A stretch of DNA of 56,391 nucleotides, counting the filler, from Platydemus manokwari (taxonomy: Eukaryota): NCBI GenBank assembly GCA_037951405.1. It is 5 parts of 5 records of this genome, joined end to end, with 100 filler letters (N's around TTAATTAATTAA, not from the genome) between each part and the next. Parts side by side here need not be neighbours in the genome. Positions count along the whole stretch, not along the records: positions 23,311 to 34,571 come from JBBMOY010811092.1; positions 34,672 to 44,338 come from JBBMOY011220765.1; 3 more parts are not named here. One strand, given 5' to 3'. This document shows positions 27,601 to 39,713 of the stretch, one piece after another (the stretch's first letter is position 1; the number at the start of each line of letters is the position of its first letter). The position numbers and the translations under genes were made by a program. The notes under the pieces are model-generated. The model did not search any database. It was not told the origin of the DNA and was given only the letters and a program-made list of their open reading frames with translations.

Positions 27601-29330
27601 TTAACCCTAGTATACGCTGACGATATCGTGATCTTAGCCAGCCCTGGAGAAAACTTTGAACACCGCCTAAACCATATTTATCACCTCGCCTTCGCCATTC
27701 ATCTTAAGTTTAACACCCAATAATGTGAATATCACATCAATGAGCCCGTTAATAGGATAGAACTCAATCTTGAAGACTACCTCATCTCAATAATTGACGA
27801 GCAAAACCAAAGTCCAAAAATGACTCCTAAATATTTATATAAATACTTAGGCGTCATCTTTGGACTCCCAAAACGAACCCGGGTAGCAAAGATCCTTGAT
27901 AATGTGCTCAATGACTTCGAAACCATCTCCAAATCACGTCTCCACCCAAACCAGAAATTACAAGCATACAAAACCTTTTCCCACTCCCGATTCTCATTTC
28001 ATTTTATGATCCACCAAATCGAGATCACACAATTAAATTCCCGAATACTTATCCAAAAAGACGAGGACACCAAATCACAAGGATTTGACAAAAGATTTAA
28101 GTCTATAGCCCGTGATATACTGAAAATGAAATCATCCAAATCTTCCAATATTCTTTTTTCTACTCAATCATTGCTATAATATTGTATCCATGGCGTTGTA
28201 TGTGCCTTTAGATTTTTCACCAGTCTTGATGACAACTTCTATGAATTCATCGTGTCCCATATTCTTTTCATATTTAGTAAAAGACTCAACCCCTCACACC
28301 AAATCAATATATACACACATCACTATCATAGATTAGCGATAATATCTCATCATCCAAACACCCCTCCTCAACCCAATTCGACGTAAGCTTAGAAAACACA
28401 ACATAAACATTGAATTCCTTCAACACAAAACTGAAACCAAAATCAAAATGACCACAGCTAACGACTTCACCTACTTATTCTCGATCGAAAACAGCAACAA
28501 GCTCTGTGATATCTTACATGACGCCGTACAAATGTCATACTATGGAAGAAGCAAGGTCATCTGGTTCACTGCCTCTCCCCCTCACCATGTTCCCAGAAAC
28601 CCCTCAGCAACTGTCATCTTTCTTACGCCTGAAGTTTGGATATTCACACACCAGATCCCCAACAAACTCCAACTATTAAACTACTCTACCTACTTCAATA
28701 AGCTCAACAAATTCTATGCCGACGCTGCAACACTAAACTCGAGACCGTTGCTCATGTTTTCATACACTGCCCCGCAAGACTCGGAAAAAGTAGTAAAGGC
28801 CACTCCATGATCCTGGAAATTATAAGAAAATATCTACAGCCCCACGGGATTTACATAGATATAGATACAACACTAGTTGAGATCGACACTAGGCTCAGAC
28901 CAGATTAAATTATCAGAAACAACGCGAAAAAACATATATTTGTCATTGACCTAAAAATATGACATGGACACAAACTTTAATTTGCACCGTTCCTTAAACT
29001 ATTATAAATATAAAAACAACACGGCAAATAGCGATCACCAATGGACATCAAACAACACTATATGTCCTAAATATAAGGATATTAGGGTCATGTGATAAAA
29101 TACTAATATCAATCGGATTAGACATTAAACACATAAACTTTCTGTCTTCACTTATAGTTACAGCACTTTTAAAATACTCCTACTCCACATATACTGCCCA
29201 CATAAGTGAAGACAGACCAAAATTGTCATGTCCCTTAACACAATAAAAAATAAACTACGCTCCTTAATTGTAATCATTATCATTCATCATAATGCATCTT
29301 TCATTGAATTAAAATTTCCCATTTAAAAAA
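24680..29330 (+). mobile_element. Decayed NeSL-clade (RLE-type) non-LTR retrotransposon: putative ZnF - Ulp1 protease - RT - CCHC - restriction-like endonuclease
   Basis: C/A-rich sense strand. Degenerate ZnF CPLLTTC..ALRWNMNTI (about 24693). Ulp1-type HWNLYIID...IDP...KQLNSTDC in one frame (26156-26356). RT motifs SWR (about 27105), AFPSIP (about 27332), RGVKQGCP (27485), YADD (27613), YKYLG (27838). CRRCNTKLETVAHVFIHC (28717-28770) and RLRPD*II...FVIDLK (28891-28956). Many stops and frameshifts; boundaries approximate. Confidence 0.88.
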
Positions 29331-29624
29331 CAATTTTGAAAAAAGTTTTAAAATTTTCTTAATCTTTCGCATTTTTAGAATTTTCTACATCAAACTATGT
29401 TCCAAATTTTTAATAAATTAACCTTTTGTTTCTGCAATAATTAACTCTCTTACATTTCTCTGAAAGCCTAATACTCACTCAAATAAAATTTCTCCTTTCA
29501 TATTGATTTTCATTGACCTTGTTTTTATTTTAAATTTCTAAATAAGAATTCAATGACAACCAACTTCTATTAAATAACATAAAATTATTTAGTCTTAGAA
29601 TTAGAATTTCAAAAAAAGTTAAAT

Positions 29625-29960
29625 ACTTTCTTGATTCAGGTATATACTCATCTGCCCTGCCCAAGGATGACCACATACCCCATCTACCGATTATGATAAC
29701 AATCTACTCATATTCCCAGCAACCAAACGATCAACCAAGCAAATACTCGATCCATATCCGATGATCTGCTCTAACTACTGAACACTACTTTTCAATGCAC
29801 ATTCAGGCGAAATTCAAACAAACCGATTTACTGATAACATGGTCAAACTCTTAAAACAAGAGACTATATACGCATGACTCCACTACCATAACTTCTGATA
29901 ACTTACTCAAGCTACCAAACAAAAATATGACACTAATCTACTCCTACCAAACTCAACACC
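29625..29960 (+). mobile_element. Possible LTR-retrotransposon aspartic protease relic
   Basis: FLDSGIYSSALP (retropepsin LDSG-like) at about 29627 followed by a C/A-rich decayed stretch. Confidence 0.3.
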
Positions 29961-30299
29961 ATCTATCTGACAAATTTATTTCAAGCAATTGAAAAATCAA
30001 AAATTGAAAAATCAATAAAACATTGAGAAACACAAATATTTGGTGTTCCCGTAACTCCGAACTGGTAATTCCGCTAGTTCATCCAAGTAAGACAAAACTT
30101 TACAAAACATATGAAAATTTATTAAAGTGGAGGTGAGGGATTTCCCACCGCCTCGTGAAGACCACGTTTATGATCAATAAATATTAGTTTGTTTGTTTTT
30201 TAAACTAGTGACGGAGGTGTTTGAAAAGAAAAAAGAAAAGAAATTTCCAGAATATTTATTCTACACGGTCTATATAGAAAGAAATTGAAATAGTCTTTT

Positions 30300-33175
30300 A
30301 CTCTCGACCCTGCAATGCCTGACCGTAGGAGAAGAGAGTTGACTGTCAATTTGGAGAGGTTAGTTCGGACGAAGCCGATAAACGTTATCAAGAACTCATA
30401 TGCGACGTTAGTATTTGAAAGTAACCCAAGAAAATTCTTTCAGAAGGAGACGTCTTACAAAAAACCAACTTTAATTTGTCAGGAAATATATTTTTGTGTA
30501 AAAGAATGTACTAGTTATATTGTACATGATATATCATGTACAATATATTTCCAAACAATTAGAGACCAACAAGGTCAATGAATACTACTGCGTATAAATT
30601 CTACTAAGATTGTAGAGGAAAACCCACGGTCGGGGTGATTGTTTAAAACCAGGATTTCGCTTTTGCTGTGGTGAGCTTGGACACCGGAAGTTTGGATGTC
30701 CACTGCGGAATAAATGTTTGGTGAGCTGAAAAGAAGGGAATCCGTTCGGAGAATGTCATTTAGCCGGAACGCACAGTTACATTATTTCGAAGAAAATACT
30801 TTACATTCTTGACGAATAATATGAAATCAAAATTCAAACCAAAAGAGAAGCAGGTGATTGTGTTAGCTCACTCACCGTGGAGTCGAAATTAATTGGCATC
30901 AATCTCCTGTGCCTATCTAGTGAGTGGAGTTGAATCAATAGGACATAAATCAGCTACAGATAGAATAGTAGTAAAGAAGAAAGATGCCAATAGCAAGAGG
31001 AAGCATTCACATATGTATCAGAAAGCAGATGATAGACAGGGGAGTAAAATTTATTGTAACGGTACACACATTGAAATGTTATGGGATTCTGGTGCATCTA
31101 AAATAGTAATGAATGAGAGCAATTGGAGGCCCATTGGAGAGCCACAGATTGAAAATTCTGATGTTTGATTGGCTGGTGTATTTTCCAATTCACATAAATC
31201 CTGTCTAGGGAAAATAAGAATCCCAATAGTTCGGAAAAGAAAAATTTTAGTAAATGATTTATCGGGGAAGTGGATATGATGAAGACTTGTAAAATATCCC
31301 TTGAAGGGATAGAATCAATTATGCCAAGGAAGTGGGAAAGAAATACAACAACCAAGTCAGAATAGAAATGACACTAAAGAGTATTACTTATAAGAATAAT
31401 ATTTCATTGAATAAGTGCATAAAAGAAAAATTTTCAATTTTTATGGCTTCTGAGTTTGATTTGGAACTAATAGATTTGGTGAAGAACGAGACACGTACAA
31501 ATATGGAACCTGTTGTACAAAACCGCAGAAGGCAGCCATTAAATTTATAAACCAAAATTCAAAAGTTGATAAAAAATCTCCTAGCAAGTAATATCATAAC
31601 TCCTTGCCCTTGGAACTCTCCTTTGGTCGTGACTGCAAAGAAAGATGAATCAATCAGGAAGGGTTTAGACTACCGAAAATTAAACGAACAGACTGAGAAG
31701 TTTTCTTTTCCAGCACCTGTTAATCGAACGTTATTGGACTCGGAATATGGCGTAACAATCTTCTCTACGGTAGATTTAGGCCAAGCATATTATTAGGTTG
31801 AACTTATAGAAGATTCTAAGTTGAAAACGACGTTCAGCACTACAAATGGGCAGTTCCGTTTTAACAGACAACCTTTTGGATTATGTATCGCACCAGCAAC
31901 GTTTCAGAGTTTAATGAATACAATATTCAAGGATTTGATTTACAATTGGGCTCTTGTTTATTTTGACGATATTTAAGTATATGGAAGAATATTAGAGAAA
32001 CACAATCAGAAACTCGACAAGGTTTTCAGGTTGATTAAATCATCGGATTTGAAAATCAATCTCGAAAAATGTGCTTTTGGTATTAGGAAATTGAAATTTT
32101 TAGATCATACAGTTAGTGCAGAAAATGTAGAAACTAATGACGACAAGGTAAAGAAGATTAAGTAAACAATAAAACTCTATTGCATAACTTTGTGTTTATT
32201 TTTCCTTGCATTGTGAAATCATTAAAGACGATTTATCAAAGATTAAGCATTAATTACGGATCCGATATATGCGATGACGACCGGAAGTGACAAGAAATTG
32301 GAGTGGAGTACAGGGCGTTAGGAAAGTTTTAAAAACCTAAAGGAACAATTATGCACGGCTCCGATTTTGTCCTTTCCAGATCCAAACAAAGAGATGATTT
32401 TAGGTACCAACTCTAGTTTCGGAGCGATTGGCGCCATTCTAAGAGAGAGAGAGAGTAGCTTATGCTTTTAGAACTCTTAATAATCATGAAAAAGGTTACT
32501 GCGTCAAGGGAAAGGAGCTTTTGGTAATCCATTAGTACACTATGCATTTTAAGCATTATCTACTGGGGAAAGATTTTTTAACTCGCACTGATCACAAGGC
32601 CTTGACATATATAAACAAAACTAGCAAACCTTTTGCAAACTTATTCGAATTCAATTTCGAACTTCAATATCGGAAGGGATCAGATCATACAAATTGTTTG
32701 ATGGTACTGTAGTGTATAATGAGAATTGAAAGGAGCGAATTGATGTACCAGAGGTTTATTCGCAGAAATTAACTAGATACCTTTATGAGGAGTTGTGCCA
32801 AATCGGTAATAAGAAATTGGTTGATTATATTCAAAAGATTTTCTTCTGTCCAAATATGTCTCGAAGCATTGGACACGAAGTACAGAATGATATTTGTGCT
32901 AGACCGAAGGTATGCACTGGACGGACTAAAGAAATTTTGATTCCAAGGGCAGAGTTTGGTCCTCTGGAACAGATCGTTTTTGATGTAGCGCACTTTGGGG
33001 AATTATGACTAAAACCAAGTATCTATTGGTTATTGTGAATAGATTCAGCCAGCTAGTAAACTTAGTGCCACTTATTCTACAAGACTAGACTAGTATTTCC
33101 AAGTCTATCATCGATAATTGGATCCAAGGTATGTTGCTCCAAAATCAATGCTCACTGATCGGGGTGAGAGAAGGG
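30300..33175 (+). mobile_element. Decayed Ty3/Gypsy LTR retrotransposon internal region (gag-PR-RT-RH-IN)
   Basis: Zn knuckle (R)FCCGELGHRKFGCP (30658); protease MLWDSGAS (31076); RT PWNSPLVVTAKKDESIRKGLDYRKLN, FSTVDLGQAYY, QPFGLCIAPATFQ, YFDD (31959); RNase H region APILSFPD...SFGAIGAIL, TDHKAL; integrase PLEQIVFDV...TDRG (about 33154). The PR-RT-RH-IN order is Ty3/Gypsy. No LTR pair found. Confidence 0.92.
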
Positions 33176-34571
33176 TTTAAATGAACCTATTAATTTTTAA
33201 AAAAAAATTATTTAAGTAAATTATTAACAGTTTTCTTTTAGAATTTTTCTAAGTATATTTATTTTAAATTTTTCAATTATTTTTTAAAAGTTTATCTCTT
33301 GTGTACTCGACAATATATATATATATATGAGAAATTCTGAAATTAATTAATAAAATAATTAATTAACAAGAAACCAAAATTATGCAGTAAATTTAAACCA
33401 ATAATAAACACAATCCAATTTATAATGCAATTTGGAAAAATTAAAAAGATCTCTTGTAATGATGCAAAAGATTTTATATTTAATAATTCAATACGGGTGA
33501 CACCTTACATTGATAAATTGATTTCAACCAGGACAAATAAATAGTGTTGATTCAGAAGGAAAATCTCAATGTATTTTGATTTTCATTTCAAATATGAATC
33601 TTGAAAGTGCCTGCAGAAGGCAGTATATATGTGTGTGGTTGTTGCATAAAAACAGTATTTTTCACTGATAAATAACTTATCCGATCACACATTTAAGGGA
33701 GAGCAGTTTTGTAATTGTAAATTAACAAAGTTGTATCTGATTTATTTGACTAATAAACCAACAAATCATTGATTTGCGTCTATTCACCCTGGTATCACAT
33801 ATTTATTCGCCGATACTAATTAAAGATTTCGAAAATCTTATGGAAATGTTTTTCTTAATCGGTTACTGTAACTTCTCAAACTTATTGTTTCTATCTCAAT
33901 TAGATGACTAAATTCCACATGGTGAGATTAATCAAATATTATCAAATGAACTTTTTAACCATCATATGATTATAAAAACGATTAAATTTATCAGATAATT
34001 GTTAGGCTTTTGTGAATTTGATTTTCTAAAGATAGGTATGACAATATAAATGATAAATGGCACAATTTATAATAAATCAATTTCTTGGAGCCTTAGATCA
34101 TTTGATAACATAGTTCCTTTTTTAAAATGACTCTACGTTATCATCAAGTGATGTATGTAAATATAAATATATTTGAAATTCAATGGGTTTGCAGTAATGA
34201 TAACTGTCAGATGAAGTGATAAGTTGTGATTGAAAATTATATAACCTTACAAGAATTGATATATGAAATCGTGAGCGTAGAACCAATTTTACGCATTCAT
34301 CAATATAGCAACCCAATAAGTTAATTATAAACGCAAACTAAATATTATTCTTGTTCTGAAATTCATGATTCCTATATATTTGTTACTGTCAAGTGAGTTA
34401 TTTCTCTTATTGTAATTTATCGTCAATTTCGTGATGGTTTAAAAGGCATAATATTAATTCTGGTATTAATAATGATAATAATAATATTAATAATAATGAT
34501 TATGAAAAATTTTAATTGAAGGTTTTCAATCTAAATTTTTTACAATTTTTTGATAAAATATTTTATATATG

Positions 34572-34671
34572 NNNNNNNNNNNNNNNNNNNNNNNNNNNNN
34601 NNNNNNNNNNNNNNNTTAATTAATTAANNNNNNNNNNNNNNNNNNNNNNNNNNNNNNNNNNNNNNNNNNNN
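34572..34671. other. Artificial contig linker
   Basis: 44 N + TTAATTAATTAA + 44 N. Confidence 0.97.
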
Positions 34672-37600
34672 AAGGCCTTTGTTCTTGAAAATGTAATTAT
34701 ATAAAAACAATTACTAATGATTATTAATATATAATTATATTTTCAATTTTATTCAATGATTTTTAAATATTTAAATTAATTATTATTCAGATATATTATG
34801 TTTTCAAAATTATTTCTTGATACCAGTTAATATAAACAAAATTCTACTTAATCAAGTGAATAATTTAATTTCATATTTCTAGAATTAATCTGATAATTAG
34901 AACCAATTATAACAACATCAAATAATTATTTCTATTATAATCAGTTATATAATATTATTAGCAAGATGAATTTGAAGTACATAACTCATAGAAATATTTG
35001 GAGCTTTTAATTTCATAATTGAAAATTTGATTTTTAACCTCTCAAAATATTTTTAATGTCCACTTCGCTGTTAAGTGATTATTAATACTCATTTTTTCAA
35101 ATAAATATTCATAAACCTACTTAATTTTGTCATTTAAAATAACATTCTTTTCATGTGTATATGTGCGCCTATTTAAGTTTACTTGTCCAAATGAATGTAC
35201 TCATCTAAAGTTAAATTCAATTTTCATAGTAAATGACATGCGATGATCAGAGATAACAAAATAATACTTAAAATATTTGCGAAATTATAACTCAATTAAA
35301 ATTTGATGAAGTTTATCGAATAAAATGGTAAAGCGTGACAGTAATGGCATCAATCACGTACCCATATATAAGCAATATTGTGGTTTTTAAATAACATCGG
35401 GTTTGTGATCATGTACACAACTTTTGTTTTATTCTTAACAGCAATATTACAATACAATTCGATTACCGTGTGTTTAAATTAATATTCATCTTAACCAAAT
35501 ATTTTATTAAATAATCTCTAAATACCATATTCATGCAATAGATTTGGTCGAGATTACAAGTATTCGAATTAACTGTATCATAAAAATTTACAATAATCAA
35601 TTTTATTTTATCTCTAATTAACTTAAGATAATTTCTTAACAGAGATTTCTGGTCATAATATCATATATTCATCAACATCATATTTTACTATATTTTTTTG
35701 TTTTTTCGGGTTCCAAGGAGGATCTGACTGTGGTGAAAAAGCTTTTTGTTATTTATTGATCTTGCCAACTACACAATCATGAATTGCTTTATAATTTTAG
35801 TCCATACAATTTATATTATTTGAATAATCTCGTAAAAAGTAAAAATGCAGCAATTATTTAGAGTTCATTCGTTGATAATGATAATTCAGCTTATTTATTA
35901 ATCTCGGTACAGTCATAATTTACCATCATTAGGCTTTGTACCAAAACGAGAAACTTATGCCTGATGACATTTTTTGAAATAATCTAATTAATAATACCAA
36001 GAAATCCATTAAAAGTGAAGATATTTATACAAACTAAGAAATATTATAATTATAAAAAATGTGGAATCATTTGAATATAGTCGCACTATGTCAATAAATA
36101 TAACTTAGAGATAACTCGATTCACGTTATTCATTTTTGAACAAAATTCGTATTTAGAAAAGAATTCAATCCTGATGTTTACCATGATCTCCAACCATATA
36201 CTGAAATATCAGAATTTATTCTAAAAAAGGTAATTTAACATGCTTATTTATATACAAATTTATAATAAATTCAATAACTAGTACACATCAAGATGCCACT
36301 AAGCTTATATAAAAATTCTACCACGTTTTGTAAATAAAAATAGTAGTTTCAAATAGAATGCGTAGGAGAGAAAATAGCAAACTTATTCTGTGATGTGGAT
36401 TTCAAGTCATTACAAGAATTTTATGTAAACTAACATCATACAAAACGTAAAAGTAGAAAGAATTAATAATAATAAACTTTTTAACCCAGTTATTTTATAA
36501 TAATTTAGTTTACAAAATATTTCCCTGTAAAAAACATTTAATGAATTTATCTAATACTTCTAAATTTCAAATTGTAACAGAATGGTGACGAAGAAAATGG
36601 TTACCGATTGCGCAACACTGCTATAGATCTATGTGATCCGTGGATAGACCTAAAATACGACATGGAGATCAGACAAGATAAGATCGTTCTCAACCCAATC
36701 GAGAATGACGAAGATAAAAAGTGAAATAGTCAAACATCAGAAAATACTGTTAAGTAATTAATCGTTTACTAGATCATCAAAACCGAAATCGTCTAAATAT
36801 GTTCGTGAAGGAAGCACTTATTTACCAAAACATTTCGTATCTGAAATAGCAGAACCAGAATTGGTGAGAAGAGAATTATCATTTGTTGATGTACCCATGT
36901 TGCGGTGAGATCGAATTAGCTTAGCCAATAGAATTGAATTTTTAAACCAGAAAAACATTCTACGACACCTATTCATTAAATTCAACAGAAAAATTAGATT
37001 TTGATTACAATCGTACCAAACAAGATTTTTACAGAATGGAACTGGATAAATTGAATGAAATTCGACCGAAGAATAGAGAAAGTTTGAGATTGACATATTA
37101 TGCTTATCTTCAAAATAACCCAGGTATTGTGATAATCAAATTTAATTTTACATGTTTTCAGTGTCACTAAAATATTAATTCATGAAAATAAGAATAATCG
37201 ACAGATTATTTATCCGATAATAAAACATCAATAAATGTCAAATTGAGAATCGCCCATATCTGAGTTAATATTATATCTAACAAACTAAGCAAAAATGTTT
37301 ACCAGTTTTTACAGTCAAACTACAAACTTGTTAAAGATTAATCAATATTATATACATATATTGAACAAATAATTAAAATATTTTCCATGATCGGAATAAT
37401 AACATATAAATAGCTCAAGCCCAACGCACATAATATCCAATGAAATCATGGATCATAACACCACAAAATTTAAATTGACCAATCAAATCAAACAAGTCGC
37501 ATTTAAACCATTTTATGTGGTAATTTTTGCTTGCTTAATATAATACAAAAATCCTAAAAAAACAATGCAAAAATATAGTTTATATAATCGATAATAACCA

Positions 37601-38556
37601 CGATTCTAATTCTACAAATATCTAACAGTGGTAAAACATGATCACACTGTCTGTATATATTTCTATTTATGCTAACAATTAATAATAATAGTGAATTATC
37701 AACGCCATTCACAAGTTCCATTTATCATTGTTGAAATAAATTACAAAACCAACACAAATAAATTATCGATTCATATTTCTCAGTAATTATAGAATAAGTT
37801 CTTTTCATTAATCACAATACCAATTTACATTAAATGTTAGAAAACATTCCAAAAACATTCGTCTATTGTCCAAAACTGACACCATACACACATGCATTCA
37901 GACACCAATTCCAACTGACCAATTAAAATGCACCAAAAGTCCAACATAGTCAAATGTAAAATGAAATCAATAAAACATTATTTCTACTAATAATAATTTG
38001 TCATTTATTTAGGATCCAAGAAAGCACTGAGAGAATGCATAAACAATTTGGAAAAAGAGAAGAAATCATAAAACTCGGTCACAATATATTTTGATAGATA
38101 TATAAATATTCAAATCAATTAAAGTTACAAATTTCATTAAAATAAAGCAAATTTTCATGAAACCAAAATTTTTTTTTATTTATTCGTAATTTTATTTATT
38201 GAAAAATAAAGCAATCAGGATAAGCCGGTAAAAAGAAAAAAAATAATTGGCGAAAATCACACAAAAAAGAACCGATTACACACCATCAACCGATCTCACT
38301 CTCTCTCTCCATCTCGGCGTGTGCGTGTGTCTCTCTCGCCCATATGATTAAAATTTTTATCGATATAATTTTCAAATGCGTAAATACGCGCGGATAAAAT
38401 ATGTTGATCGAGGCCACTACAAAAAAGCAACAAATAAAATAATACCCGAGTGAAACAGAAAGAGAAAAATTGAAAGAATTTTCCAAATTATTTACATGTG
38501 ATTCAAAAAATAATTTTTTATTACAATTTTTACTTGATTTCAAGGTTTATTTTCGA

Positions 38557-39713
38557 TTAAATATCTTTGCGAGGACGTCGTTTTTTCAAAACAGTTGCCA
38601 TCGTTATTGAAGCTGTTTGCGATTGATTAGAAATGTTTTCCAAACGACGACGATCGTCTTCAACTGTTGTTGCTGCCTCGATCAGTTGTTTGGAAATCAT
38701 TTTTTGATGTTTTTTGTTTTTCTTGCGACTAGCTCCCGATGTCGAACTGGTCGACGGTTGGATGGATTCATCAGTGATTGGTTCAATTTCGATTTTTAAT
38801 CCATCTTCAGAAGACGTTTTGTAAATGTCAACCATTTCAAAATCATCCGTCGATGAATTGGACGGTGATTCGGAGAGATTTTTCGATTGTTCTTCAACAT
38901 GATGATGCTTTTGTTGATGTGGTCGTGAAATGTCGATGCGGTCGATTGGTGTGTCAGGAATCAAAATCTTTTCAATGGATTTCGTTAGTTCCAGAGACTT
39001 TTTTCTTTTGGGTTTATCACAGACATTTTCTATCACAATGGGTTTAGTAATCGATTTTGTTTCTATAGTGACACATGTTTCCTTTATTGGTTTCGATGCC
39101 AATGCAATTGGTTGGAGTTTATCACAGTCATTATTATTCTGAGATGGTTCTTTGGTTAATTTAATAGTCATTTTATCGCTTTTTACAATCCTTTTTGGCT
39201 TAACAACTGCTTGCCAAGTAGAATTTTTATCGTCTTCATTGAGATCTTTCTCTATATTCTACAATTTAAAATTTTTAACCAAATCAATCAATATTCAGCA
39301 GATTCAAATCAAATAAATATAATATGTGAAAAACGATAAAAATTTACTACAACTTCTTCATTATGCTTTATTGCAACATTTACAGTTTCTTTTGTCTGCA
39401 AAATCAGTTAATAATTCTCAAAAAAATTCTAATTTACTTCAATTTTGATAGGAACACTTTTGATATTCTAAAAATGTTTAATTTTAATATAATAAAGTTA
39501 AACTGAAAAACACGGTATTACTTTACTTCTTGATGGTTTTTCTTTCTTCTGTTTCTTTTTTGATAATTTTGGACTGGTGAAAACACAATCAGGTGATTTG
39601 ATTGATAAACAATAAATAAGAGAGCCAAATCCTACTATTGCACAGATAAATATGTGCATGCTATATTCAGTCAAAATATAATGAACATCTAAGTTCAAAT
39701 TGAAATAATCCAT
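38557..39713 (-). CDS. Single-TM, Lys-rich disordered protein, LYRIC/metadherin-like; 4 exons
   Basis: Predicted phase-0 exons 39713-39522, 39467-39438, 39395-about 39350 and 39258-38557 with GT-AG boundaries. N-terminal TM MHIFICAIVGFGSLIYCLSI, then KKKQKKEK, an internal WQAVVKPKR and C-terminal KKRRPRKDI, resembling metadherin KKKKARRET. The family assignment is inference. Confidence 0.7.

Noticed and set aside
35700-35745. DPPW methyltransferase-like motif on the minus strand
   Set aside because: Stop codons nearby on both sides and no exon context.
35945-35985. CTGATGA...GAAA hammerhead-like core (also 11061 and 27065)
   Set aside because: Stems I-III cannot be formed; the 27065 instance is RT coding sequence.
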